The position numbers and the translations under genes are program-made. The notes under the pieces were generated by a model that saw only the letters and a list, made by a program, of their open reading frames with translations, was not told the DNA's origin and searched no databases. Shown piece after piece: positions 8,528 through 17,232 of a DNA stretch of 64,000 bases. Each line of letters opens with the position of its first letter. The first letter of the stretch is position 1. The stretch lies in NCBI GenBank assembly GCA_963796685.1, contig CAWCMR010000025.1, forward strand, positions 1,856,001 through 1,920,000, read 5' to 3'. This stretch comes from an uncultured delta proteobacterium. Its GTDB lineage: Bacteria > Myxococcota_A > Polyangia > Fen-1088.

Positions 8528-10312
8528 GTGGGAGTAGCGCTTCCGCAGCCGATACCATTCGGCAAGTACACGCTGTTTGAACGCATCGGGCGGGGAGGTA
8601 TGGCCGATGTGTTCAAGGCGCGCATCCAAGGCCCGGCGGGCTTCGAGCGAACCTTCGTCGTCAAGCGCATCTTGCCCCATCTGTCGGACGATCCGTCGTT
8701 CACCAAGATGTTCATCGACGAGGCCAAGATCGCGGCCAAGCTGTCGCACCCGAACATCGTCCAGGTGTTCGAGCTCGGCTCCGTCGACGACGAGTACTTC
8801 ATGTCCATGGAATACGTGCGTGGACACGATCTGGCCGAAACCATGCGCACGCTGTGGGCGCGCGTGGGGCCGCCGCGGCCCGAGCTGGTGGCGTACGTCG
8901 GCCGCGAAATGTGCAGGGCGCTGGCCTATGCGCACGAGTTCACCTCCGAGGACGGGCAAGTGCTCGGGATGATCCACCGCGACATCTCTCCGTCGAACGT
9001 GATGCTGTCCTACGACGGCGCGGTGAAGATCCTCGACTTCGGCATCGCCAAGGCGCTGGGCGGCGAGGCCGTCGAGGAAACCAAGAGTGGCACGCTCAAG
9101 GGCAAGTTCGCGTACATGGCGCCCGAGCAGACCGTCTCGAACGAGATCGATCGGCGCATCGACATCTTCGCCACCGGCATCGTCCTGCACGAGATCCTGA
9201 CTGGCCGTCGCTTGTTCAAGGGCGAGAACGACATGCAGACCATCGAGCGCGTGCGCACCTGCCAGGTGGCCCCGCCCTCGCTGTTCAATCCCCTGTGCCC
9301 GCCGGAGCTCGATCAGATCGTGCTGCAGGCGTTGGCCAGAAACCGCGACGAGCGCTACCAGTCGGCCTCGGAGATGGCCGATGCGCTCGACGACGTGGTC
9401 TACGCGTCTCGTTTTCAGGCCACCCATCTTTCGCAAACCATGCGCGGTCTGTTCCCGGCCGATGCGGGGGGCGACGGCCGCGCGCCCGGCTCGGCGCGGG
9501 CACCGCACATGATGACTGGCTCGGTGAGCCCGTCGCGATCCAACACCGGCGTCCCGCGCAGCGGATCGCAGGTGTCGCGACCCAACCCGACGGGGACCCG
9601 CTCGCCCACCGTGCCGCCCGTGGTGCCGCCGCCGCAGCCGATCACGTCGTCCTCGTACCGTGTGCCGCCCAGTCGCTCCAACATCGTCCCGCCGCCCACG
9701 ACGGCCGTGGGGTTTCTGATGCGGCCCTTGATCGGCTCGGTGCCCGGCTGGGTTGCCGTGGCCGTGCTCTTGCTGCTCGGGTTCGCGTTCGTGGGGGGGG
9801 CCATTTGGACGCTGCGGGGGCCGGCCGGCGGCGGCATGGCGGCGCAGAATTCGATCCCCAAGATTGTCCTGCTCGATCTCGCGTTCCAGTCGAGTCCCAT
9901 CGGCGCCGACGTCTACATCGTGGGCAGCAACGAATACCTCGGCCGCACGCCCTTCCGTCGCAAGGTCGAATACCGGGACGATCGCTCGACGTTCGTCGTC
10001 TTCCGCTTGGCGGGGTACATGGAGATGACCAGGGAGATAAGGCCGGACTTCTCGGGCGCGGTGACCTTGCAGGCCGCGGCACCTCCGCCAGCGCCAGCGC
10101 CCGCACCCGTGGCGCCCATCGTGGAGCCGACGGCAACCCGCGAGCACCAGCCTGCGGCCGTCAAACCCGATTCGTTCGACAAGCCCAAGACCACCAAGTC
10201 GCACGGCAGAAGCCACGTCAAGGCCAAGGGAAACACCAAGGATCAGCGCGATCCTTTCGATAGCCCTTCGGAGAGGACGCCCCCGGGGTTCAAGGCCTCC
10301 CCCTTTCACTAG
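8528..10312 (+). CDS. membrane Ser/Thr protein kinase with PEGA-like extracellular region
   Basis: IGRGGMA, VVKR, HRDISPSN, DFGIAK, YMAPEQ; TM segment; S.P.GA.V....LGRTP. Confidence 0.93.
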   Translation: MGVALPQPIPFGKYTLFERIGRGGMADVFKARIQGPAGFERTFVVKRILPHLSDDPSFTKMFIDEAKIAAKLSHPNIVQVFELGSVDDEYFMSMEYVRGHDLAETMRTLWARVGPPRPELVAYVGREMCRALAYAHEFTSEDGQVLGMIHRDISPSNVMLSYDGAVKILDFGIAKALGGEAVEETKSGTLKGKFAYMAPEQTVSNEIDRRIDIFATGIVLHEILTGRRLFKGENDMQTIERVRTCQVAPPSLFNPLCPPELDQIVLQALARNRDERYQSASEMADALDDVVYASRFQATHLSQTMRGLFPADAGGDGRAPGSARAPHMMTGSVSPSRSNTGVPRSGSQVSRPNPTGTRSPTVPPVVPPPQPITSSSYRVPPSRSNIVPPPTTAVGFLMRPLIGSVPGWVAVAVLLLLGFAFVGGAIWTLRGPAGGGMAAQNSIPKIVLLDLAFQSSPIGADVYIVGSNEYLGRTPFRRKVEYRDDRSTFVVFRLAGYMEMTREIRPDFSGAVTLQAAAPPPAPAPAPVAPIVEPTATREHQPAAVKPDSFDKPKTTKSHGRSHVKAKGNTKDQRDPFDSPSERTPPGFKASPFH

Positions 10313-10335
10313 CGAACAGGGCGGCGCTCGCGAAG

Positions 10336-11139
10336 ATGTTCAAAGGTCGTCGGGTCGCGGTGGTGGTTCCGGCCTTCAACGAGGCAGCCAAGATTGCGCG
10401 CACGCTGCGTTCGATTCCCGGTTTCGTCGACCACGTCATCGTCGTCGACGACGCCAGCACCGACGGCACCGGTCGCATCGCCCAGCGCAGCCAGCGCCGC
10501 GGGCTCGTCGTGATTCGGCACGAACGCAACCGGGGTGTGGGCGCGGCCATCGCCACCGGATACGCCGCCGCCTTCGAGGCGGGCGCGGAGATGGTGGGCG
10601 TGATGGCGGGCGACTCGCAGATGGATCCCGCCGATCTCATGGTGCTGATCGAGGCCGTTGTTTCGAGACGGGCGGACTACGCCAAGGGCAATCGTTTTGC
10701 ATGGCCAGGCGTGTATCGGGTGATGCCGACCTCGCGCATGATCGGCAACGTCGTGCTCTCGCACCTGACCCGATTGGCGTCGGGCTACCCGCGCATGTTC
10801 GATTCGCAGTGCGGATACACCGTGGCCAATCGCCGCGCGCTCTCCATCATCTTGTCGGGCGAGGTCTTTCCCCGCTACGGCTACCCCAACCACCTCCTGT
10901 GCCGACTGGGCAGCCACGGCGCACGGGTGGTCGATGTGCCGGTGCGCCCGGTGTACGGGGCCGATTGGCATTCGGGCATCCGCATTCCGCGCGTGGTGGT
11001 GCCGCTTCTTCGCCTGGTGTTGCGCGGCATCGGTGCGCGGTTCATGCGCGGGCTCCAGCGCATGGTGCTGGGTCAGCCGCGTGGAGAGCAGGCGGGCTAC
11101 GCTCGCTCCGTGGCCATGCCCGAACCGCCACCGACGTGA
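10336..11139 (+). CDS. glycosyltransferase family 2
   Basis: VVVPAFNE, VDDASTD, NRGVGAA, DSQCGY. Confidence 0.92.
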   Translation: MFKGRRVAVVVPAFNEAAKIARTLRSIPGFVDHVIVVDDASTDGTGRIAQRSQRRGLVVIRHERNRGVGAAIATGYAAAFEAGAEMVGVMAGDSQMDPADLMVLIEAVVSRRADYAKGNRFAWPGVYRVMPTSRMIGNVVLSHLTRLASGYPRMFDSQCGYTVANRRALSIILSGEVFPRYGYPNHLLCRLGSHGARVVDVPVRPVYGADWHSGIRIPRVVVPLLRLVLRGIGARFMRGLQRMVLGQPRGEQAGYARSVAMPEPPPT

Positions 11140-12245
11140 TTGGCGTTCTGACAACGTCGTACCCACGCTCGGCCGACGACGGCGCGGGGGGATTCGTGCG
11201 CCAGCGCGTGCGCGCCCTGCTCGCGCAGGGATATTCGGTCGAAGTCCTCGCGGCCGGCGCGCGTGATGGCGTCGCCGAAGATGACGGCCCGGTCACACGC
11301 ATCGCGGCCGGAGGTTTGTTCTACGAAGGCGGCGCACCCGAGGCGCTGGAAGCGCCGGCTCTTCTCTCCAAGCTGCTCGCGCTGGGGCAGGGCGCTCGCT
11401 TCTCGCTGGCGATGCTGCGCCACCTGGCCGAGCGAGGGCGTCGCTGGGAAGCGGTGGAAAGTCACTGGCTCGTGCCGTGCGGCCTGCTCGCGGCCGCGGC
11501 CTTGCCGAGGCTGCCCCATCGCGCGCACGTTCACGGCGGCGATCTCTTCTTGCTGGCGCGGCTGCCCTGGGGCGACAGCGCGGGGCGGGTCCTGTGTCGG
11601 CATCGACCCACGCTGGTGTTCGCCAGTGCCTCCCTGTGCGACGGGTTCTCGGCGCTTCTCGGCTGCGCCCCCGAGGCCCTGGGCGCGCGGTGCCTGGTCG
11701 AGCCGGCGCCCTTCGATGCCTCGCTCTTCCGGCAGCGGTCGCGGGAAGAGCGGCAACGCTTGCGCGCCGGCCTCGGGTTTCATCCACCCACGGTGCTTGC
11801 CGCCGGCCGGCTCGTGCCCATCAAGGGCTTCGACGTTCTCGTGGCGGCCATGGGGCGGATTCCGCTGGCGACGCGTCCCGCGCTCGTGATTGCCGGCGAG
11901 GGTCCGGAGAAGTCGCGCCTCGCGAAGCTGGCGCGCGAGGCCGGCGTGCACCTGCGGCTCACCGGGCTTCTCGGACAGCGGGCGCTCGCCGAGCACATGG
12001 CCGCCGCCGCTCTCTTCGTGCATCCCTGCCGGACCCTCGACAGCGGGCGCAGCGAGGGCATGCCGCTCGTGGTGCGCGAAGCACTGGCTTGCGGCCTGCC
12101 CGCAATCGCCTCGGCCAGCGGCGGGCTCGGCGAGCTGTGCGGCGCTCCAGGACTGACCCTGGTCGAGGCCGACGATGCGGGAAGCCTGGCGCGGGCCATC
12201 GAGCGCGTCCTACGAACCGGCCAGCACGAGGCAGGCGGGGACTAG
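11136..12245 (+). CDS. glycosyltransferase family 4
   Basis: TTSYPR, HWLVP, GRLVPIKG, EGMPLVVREALACG; GTGA overlap with upstream gene. Confidence 0.9.
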   Translation: MIGVLTTSYPRSADDGAGGFVRQRVRALLAQGYSVEVLAAGARDGVAEDDGPVTRIAAGGLFYEGGAPEALEAPALLSKLLALGQGARFSLAMLRHLAERGRRWEAVESHWLVPCGLLAAAALPRLPHRAHVHGGDLFLLARLPWGDSAGRVLCRHRPTLVFASASLCDGFSALLGCAPEALGARCLVEPAPFDASLFRQRSREERQRLRAGLGFHPPTVLAAGRLVPIKGFDVLVAAMGRIPLATRPALVIAGEGPEKSRLAKLAREAGVHLRLTGLLGQRALAEHMAAAALFVHPCRTLDSGRSEGMPLVVREALACGLPAIASASGGLGELCGAPGLTLVEADDAGSLARAIERVLRTGQHEAGGD

Positions 12246-12493
12246 AGCACCGAACGGGTTGAAAGTGCAGAGAATTCAAGAAGTTGCTACGCACGTGCCC
12301 CCTCCGATCCCCTCGCCCCGCGCAGCGGGGAGAGGGTTAGGGTGAGGGGCCAGCGCACCCTCTCGCATGGCCGAACCCCTCACCCGACGCGCTTCGCGCG
12401 TCGACCTCTCCCCGCTTCGCGGGGCGAGGTGAATTTTCCGAGCACTCGCAAGCTCTCGATTCTGCACAGCATTCAACCCGTTCGGTGCTCTAG
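12242..12493. mobile_element. MITE with 22-bp perfect terminal inverted repeats and internal REP-like hairpins
   Basis: CTAGAGCACCGAACGGGTTGAA ... TTCAACCCGTTCGGTGCTCTAG. Confidence 0.85.
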
Positions 12494-12543
12494 GCTCCCT
12501 GGCAGCGATCCCGGGCCGTTCACGCAGAGGAGATCATCGAAGA

Positions 12544-12903
12544 CTACCCGGAGTCATCGTCGTTGTTTTCCTTGGAGTACCAGTTCGCAAATTCGATTCC
12601 TCCACGAAGGATCTCCAGCATTTCGGGGCCCGCCTCGTCCTCGCTTATTACTCCGTTGGCAATCGCGGCAGCCACGGCCAATTCCACCGCACCACCCGTG
12701 TAGGTCGTGAAGAGTCGCCGATTCGGTCCTTGGTGAAACTGGTGAATCTTCTCGTCCAGGTCATGGGCGCCAATCGCGCCGCTTCGCCACCGCGCGAATT
12801 CCCCTTCGAGAGCCGTCAATTCCCGGGAAAGTTCCCGGTCATAGGCAATCCCCGCGAGCTCGCGGATACGTCGTCGCTGTGACTTCGTGAGGTCTCGTTT
12901 CAT
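12544..12903 (-). CDS. hypothetical protein (last cassette ORF)
   Basis: ORF begins just after the attC R' site at 12919. Confidence 0.75.
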   Translation of the reverse strand: MKRDLTKSQRRRIRELAGIAYDRELSRELTALEGEFARWRSGAIGAHDLDEKIHQFHQGPNRRLFTTYTGGAVELAVAAAIANGVISEDEAGPEMLEILRGGIEFANWYSKENNDDDSG

Positions 12904-12918
12904 GCAATGTCCTCGTCC

Positions 12919-13000
12919 GCCGAACACCTTGCCGTTCAGCAGCAAGCCCGCCGCCGAGTCGGCGCGAGGATTCTACACCATCTCTCGGCGGCGACCTTGC
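12919..13000 (-). other. partial attC (L'/R' half only)
   Basis: minus strand GCTGAACGGCAAGGTGTTCGGC; R''/L'' half deleted. Confidence 0.7.
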
Positions 13001-13002
13001 CT

Positions 13003-13185
13003 GCTGCCTCCTTCTTCAACAAATGCCGAGCAAGAGGGCTCCAGGGCTCCAACACTGACTACCTCATCTGCGCCGCGGCCGTGCAACGAGGATTCGCCAT
13101 CCTGACGAAGGATACAGACTTTGCGCGCTTCGCTCGGGTACTCCCGATCGAGCTGCACACCCCGCGCTCGTCGGTGACTGGCTAA
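13003..13185 (+). pseudogene. VapC/PIN toxin C-terminal fragment
   Basis: CRARGLQGSNTDYLICAAA...ILTKDTDF; N-terminal half absent. Confidence 0.8.
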
Positions 13186-13349
13186 CGCGTTGCCCTTACC
13201 CTTAAGCGGTGGGTGGCCGTCCGCGGCCGTGCATCCGCTTCAACGCCTTGTTCGGCGCCGGCCTGGCTGGGGCGCCACGGTGGGAGAGTCCGAAAAGTAC
13301 GCCGCCAAGCCGGCGCTGCGGGATTGCCTGCTGCAACGGCTTGTTAGCC
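13180..13349 (-). other. attC site 13180-13256 plus an extra R''/L'' half-site ending at 13349
   Basis: minus strand GGCTAACAAGCCGTTGCAGC ... GCCGAACAAGGCGTTGAAGC ... GCGTTAGCC. Confidence 0.8.
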
Positions 13350-13359
13350 GGCTACCAGG

Positions 13360-13380
13360 CTGCTAGCATAATGCTAGCAG
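13360..13380 (+). promoter_or_regulatory. palindromic operator overlapping a -10-like CATAAT of the TA operon
   Basis: CTGCTAGCAT-A-ATGCTAGCAG perfect inverted repeat ending 8 nt before the antitoxin ATG. Confidence 0.7.
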
Positions 13381-13387
13381 GCGAACC

Positions 13388-13615
13388 ATGGCAACTCTCA
13401 CGATTAGAAATGTCCCCGAGAAGGTCACAAAGTCTCTAAAGACTCTAGCCCGAAAGAACCATCGTTCGATGGAGCAGGAGGTGCGCGAGCTCATCAACGA
13501 ACACGTCGGTGAACGACTCTCTGTCCTAGACCAAATCGAAGCCGGATGGGTCAAGCAGACACGTCGTCCGACCGCTGCTGAGGTCGAAGGATGGATCGCC
13601 ACGGGGCGAGAATGA
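13388..13615 (+). CDS. FitA/Arc-like ribbon-helix-helix antitoxin
   Basis: MATLTIRNVPE...LK..A..NHRSMEQEVR. Confidence 0.9.
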   Translation: MATLTIRNVPEKVTKSLKTLARKNHRSMEQEVRELINEHVGERLSVLDQIEAGWVKQTRRPTAAEVEGWIATGRE

Positions 13616-14022
13616 AAGCGGTCGTCGATACGAACGTCCTCGCGTATTTCCTTTTGGGCACGCGATCATTCGTAGAGGAAGCCGGCCGCTTCTGGCACGC
13701 TCTCGATGGTGCCCTGGCGCCGGCGGTGTGGGAAGCGGAGTTGGCGAATGTCATTTGGATGGCCGTACGCTCCGAGGTCATTCCGGGCGAGGAGGGCAGG
13801 AAACGTCTCAGCCTCGCAGGGAAGATGGGAATCCAGTCCGTCCCGAGCAAGACTTTGTGGCACGGTGCTCTTGAGCGGGCGGTTCGCTCGGGGGTGGCGG
13901 TGTACGATACCCTGTTCGTCGAACTTGCCTGTCGCGAGAACCTCCCACTTGCAACCTTTGATGCGAAAGTGCTCGCGGCATTTCCCGAGATTGCCCTCCG
14001 CCCGAAGGTTCTCGCCCCGTAA
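13612..14022 (+). CDS. VapC family PIN toxin
   Basis: VVDTNV, E..N, YD..FV.LA, LATFD; ATGA overlap with antitoxin. Confidence 0.9.
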   Translation: MKAVVDTNVLAYFLLGTRSFVEEAGRFWHALDGALAPAVWEAELANVIWMAVRSEVIPGEEGRKRLSLAGKMGIQSVPSKTLWHGALERAVRSGVAVYDTLFVELACRENLPLATFDAKVLAAFPEIALRPKVLAP

Positions 14023-14036
14023 CAACTGAACCCCAG

Positions 14037-14144
14037 ACGGAGGTCGGTACTTTCAAGCGCTTCAGTCGGCCTAGCGAGCTGATGGGCTTCACCGGACTCG
14101 TGCCAAGCGAGCACTCCACCGGCCGACGCGAGGCCAAGGGAGGC
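14037..14144 (+). pseudogene. IS110-family transposase internal fragment
   Basis: translates TEVGTFKRFSRPSELMGFTGLVPSEHSTGRREAKGG, typical of the IS110 C-terminal (Transposase_20) domain. Confidence 0.8.
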
Positions 14145-14184
14145 ACCGGCAGGTCGGGGATCTGCCGGGACGATCGGAACACGG

Positions 14185-14370
14185 TCACCTCACAAACCGC
14201 TTCTTAACATCCTCATGCGACAGGCCCAGTCCCGCCTCTGACTGTTCCAGGCCGCGCTCGATCTTGGCCAAGAAGTACAGGCGCTCCATCGCGTCCTCCA
14301 CCGTCGCATCATCCGGTAGATGCTCGACGATCTCCATGATCTTCTGCTTCACGCTGGGGGAGGAACCCAT
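14185..14370 (-). CDS. orphan small antitoxin-like protein (family usually upstream of RelE/ParE)
   Basis: LPDDATVEDAMERLYFLAKIERGL......SHEDVKKRF. Confidence 0.7.
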   Translation of the reverse strand: MGSSPSVKQKIMEIVEHLPDDATVEDAMERLYFLAKIERGLEQSEAGLGLSHEDVKKRFVR

Positions 14371-14421
14371 GTCTGAAAGATAGCATACGGCCGGAACTCG
14401 TGCCGCGATGGCTGCTCGTCC

Positions 14422-14545
14422 GCCCAACGCCCAGCTCAGTCTGGACCTGGGATAGCTGCGGGCCCGCCGCACTCGCCGTCCCCTCGATGATACTACGATG
14501 TCCCTGGCGGCGGGACCGTCAGTCAGCTTCATCGGCTTGTTCGAC
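14422..14545 (-). other. attC site
   Basis: minus strand GTCGAACAAGCCGATGAAGCTGAC ... GACTGAGCTGGGCGTTGGGC. Confidence 0.8.
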
Positions 14546-14824
14546 GGCGGACGCTCGCAACAATTCTTGCTACCAGGAGTCCAGCAGCGAGCGCCGCGAG
14601 AAGGAGGCTGGCTACGAAGCAAACACCCCAGCGTCGGCGTGCCAAGTTGCGCGCATCGCGGCCACGCAATCCGGATCGGCTTTTCGGCTTCTGCAAACGT
14701 GCGCCTGTAGGACAAGAGGAGCGATCCCAATGCCGAAGAGAAGGTAGCCGACTCCCAAAGCCACGACCGCCGCCGTAAAGAACAGGGGCCACAGTGTTGC
14801 GGTCTTTGTCATCGGTATCGCCAA
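14529..14824 (-). CDS. small two-TM membrane protein cassette, apparently frameshifted
   Basis: hydrophobic segments lie in two overlapping frames (14612-14824 and 14529-14792) between two attC sites. Confidence 0.45.
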
Positions 14825-14839
14825 GATGGTTCCCCGTCT

Positions 14840-14904
14840 GTCGAACGCCTTGCCGTTAACGCGCGGGCGCGCAAGCGCCCGTCGCGTTCAACGCCTTGTT
14901 CGAC
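14840..14904 (-). other. attC site
   Basis: minus strand GTCGAACAAGGCGTTGAACGCG ... GCGTTAACGGCAAGGCGTTCGAC. Confidence 0.9.
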
Positions 14905-15383
14905 GGTGCCTCGCCTCCTTGAATCAGACTTTGCCTTCCTATTGGACTCAAGCCGTCGTTGTAGATGTTGACGGCATCATATATGTGGCTCAGCCCCGTG
15001 GCACCCACGACGGCTCCGCCTGTGAGCGACGCGAAGCCCGTGATAGCAAGGGCGGCGGATATGTCTCTGTGCCCACCGTTACCACTTGGGTTCACGGCAA
15101 TCGCGGTCGCCAGAGACGCCAGTGCTACTGCGGTCAAGATTGCCCAGATCCTCGATCGCTGAACGAAGACCCGCGCATGATCCTCAGCAACTGGGTTGCC
15201 TGTAACGGCGCGGATCGGATCACTCGACAGCCCGCTCGCACCGTATCTTTGGCCGTCTTTGTAGAGGGAGATTCCAGGACCGTCCAAGACGAAGCTGACT
15301 CGTCCCGAATCTTGAGGACGATAGCTCGTGGCGCATCCCGCGAAGAGCAATCCGATGCTGACGACAACAGCTGCCAATTTCAT
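14856..15383 (-). CDS. hypothetical lipoprotein with two TM helices (cassette; reads into attC)
   Basis: MKLAAVVVSIGLLFAGC lipobox; two hydrophobic segments; DAVNIYND motif. Confidence 0.75.
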   Translation of the reverse strand: MKLAAVVVSIGLLFAGCATSYRPQDSGRVSFVLDGPGISLYKDGQRYGASGLSSDPIRAVTGNPVAEDHARVFVQRSRIWAILTAVALASLATAIAVNPSGNGGHRDISAALAITGFASLTGGAVVGATGLSHIYDAVNIYNDGLSPIGRQSLIQGGEAPSNKALNATGACAPAR

Positions 15384-15416
15384 GGAACCTTTGCACTCCC
15401 CTAAAGAATTGCATCC

Positions 15417-15487
15417 GTCGAACGCCTTGCCGTTCAGCTGCGAGCGGCCGTCCACGGCCGATCGACAGCTTCAACGGCATGTTAGGC
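15417..15487 (-). other. attC site
   Basis: minus strand GCCTAACATGCCGTTGAAGCTG ... CAGCTGAACGGCAAGGCGTTCGAC. Confidence 0.92.
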
Positions 15488-15715
15488 CGCGTCCCGCATA
15501 GCTCGGGCTACCGGTCGCGGAAGCGCGAGCGGCACGAAAAACTTCTCCGGGTAGAGATAGTCTTCACCGGACTCGTCCACAACCCGCACCAGACCGCGCG
15601 CCGCTGCGGTACGATCCGCCACACGCTCGTAGAGTCGGCGCACCAGGAGCGAAGCAGGATAACCATCGTTCCTGACACAAAGTACGTAGCTCTTCGTTGA
15701 CCTTGTCTTCTTCAT
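15482..15715 (-). CDS. small hypothetical protein (second gene of a TA-like pair)
   Basis: CVRNDGYPASL...RVVDESGEDYLYP; stop codon lies in the attC R'' box. Confidence 0.8.
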   Translation of the reverse strand: MKKTRSTKSYVLCVRNDGYPASLLVRRLYERVADRTAAARGLVRVVDESGEDYLYPEKFFVPLALPRPVARAMRDAA

Positions 15716-15954
15716 CGCAACACACCAAGCAGGCGCTTGATCTTGAACTCTTTCCGGCCGACGCCGTGACTTTCGTACCAGTGTACCTCAGCGGGCGATG
15801 TCGTTCCATCCGGCAGTCGAACGACGGCTATGCCCTTCATCTTTCGCCAACGCCCGCGACCGTAGACCTTCTGAAGTCTCGCGGTTTCGCGGATTTTCCC
15901 GCCGACGGCGATCACCTCCTCGCCGGCAATCTGGCCGACGATCTCGAAGGCCAT
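15712..15954 (-). CDS. small basic hypothetical protein (first gene of a TA-like pair)
   Basis: YG.GRWRK.KG...EVHWYE.HGVG..EFKIK; 4-bp overlap with the downstream gene. Confidence 0.8.
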   Translation of the reverse strand: MAFEIVGQIAGEEVIAVGGKIRETARLQKVYGRGRWRKMKGIAVVRLPDGTTSPAEVHWYESHGVGRKEFKIKRLLGVLR

Positions 15955-16768
15955 GGGGCTCAACCTCAAAGAGAAGAGCAGCGGCACCATGCACGGCCAG
16001 ATCAAGATCACCAAACGTGGTCCGTCCCGGGTGCGCCAGCTCCTGTGGCTCGCCATTTTCCGTTGGATTCAGAAGGATCCCATCGCCAACGCCTGGTACC
16101 AACGTAAAAAGCAGCGCGACGGTGGCCGAGCCTCGCGGGCCGCGGTCGCGCTGATGCGCAAGCTGGCCAAGGGCCTCTTCCACGTCGCTCGTGGCGTCAT
16201 CTTCGACAGCAGCAAGCTCTTCGACACCCGTCGTTTGCAGGTGGCGACGTAGCCATGGTGGTCTTCGGCCGATCCATGTTGAACATTCTCGATTTCCGAG
16301 GAGTGACCTTCAGTTGCAGCGTATCTCTGCCTCGTGCAAGAGCGCCATCAGTCTCGAGGCACCCCGCGGACCTTTGACCTGACCTGCCCATATGGTCAGA
16401 CCCGATTACAGGAAAGGAGCAACCAACCCCAGTCAACGAATGCTTTGAACGTGTGAGATCTCCGACGGGTGACCTTCTGTTGAAGCTCATCTCTGCCTTG
16501 CGCAAGAGCGGCGTCCATTTCGAGGCACCCTGAGGATCTTCGACCTGACTCAATCTCCGTTGCCAGCTGACTCGGTGCCGTGACCTGCGGACATCCTACT
16601 GGAGCGTTTCGCTTACCCTGGCCGATTGCCTCCGGATCTCTCACCCGCTCAACCCGACCCGCGCAGGTGTTTCCTATTGCCGCTTTCTCTTCTCGCGGAA
16701 CGGATCTCGTGTGCCCTCAGCAGCCCGATCACTCCCTGTTCTTTTTGCTTGCACTCCGTACGAGCGAG
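15947..16768 (+). mobile_element. IS110-family element remnant (transposase C-terminus plus about 515-bp 3' non-coding end) inserted in an attC
   Basis: KAMGLNLKEKSSG...ITKRG..RVRQLL...A.VALMRKL (to 16252); right end abuts the attC half-site CGCTGCAACGGCTTGTTCGGC. Confidence 0.85.
16279..16549 (+). ncRNA. putative bridge/seek RNA with two tandem 105-bp target-loop-like modules (16279-16383, 16445-16549)
   Basis: 82/105 identity by manual alignment; conserved stems, variable loop segments matching attC. Confidence 0.6.
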
Positions 16769-16789
16769 CGCTGCAACGGCTTGTTCGGC
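16769..16789 (-). other. attC half-site (R''/L''), disrupted by the IS110 element
   Basis: minus strand GCCGAACAAGCCGTTGCAGCG. Confidence 0.85.
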
Positions 16790-16800
16790 GGCTCTCACCT

Positions 16801-17232
16801 TCACGGAACCAATTCCAGGGCCTGGGACAGGCGAGGACCAATTCGGATAGCACCAAGGTCGCGCCTATCGGTCGTCAAAACTCGATAGACGCGCCGTCGT
16901 TCAGCCACTGCAGCTACGGTGCCATCAACCAAACCGAGGTTGAGTCCCGCAAATCTTGCATCCAGTTCCATGGATCTCGCGATGTCGGACGGAAGAGGTA
17001 TTTCATACTCGTATCGTGTTCCTGGATCGAAGATGTCCGCGACCAGCCTTCTCATGGCTGCGCGGTTGTCTCTGAGAAAGTAGTCAACCTCGGCGAGAAC
17101 GAGCCCCGGCACGATTACCGAACTTGCTGACGCTAGCGCCTCCTCGTACTCCGGAAAGCTTGGCGCGCCATCTCGGCCGCAAGCTAGCGCGCGAAGGAGT
17201 CCACCGGTGTCTGCGACAAGCGCTGATCTCAA
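16801..17232 (-). CDS. VapC family PIN toxin
   Basis: ADTGGL, VLAEVDY, LGLVDGTVAAVAE, LTTDRRD. Confidence 0.9.
   Translation of the reverse strand: MRSALVADTGGLLRALACGRDGAPSFPEYEEALASASSVIVPGLVLAEVDYFLRDNRAAMRRLVADIFDPGTRYEYEIPLPSDIARSMELDARFAGLNLGLVDGTVAAVAERRRVYRVLTTDRRDLGAIRIGPRLSQALELVP

Noticed and set aside
16197-16644. minus-strand ORFs with an internally repeated peptide over the IS110 3' region
   Set aside because: The similarity is explained by the DNA repeat; conserved positions fit RNA stems and there is no recognisable domain.
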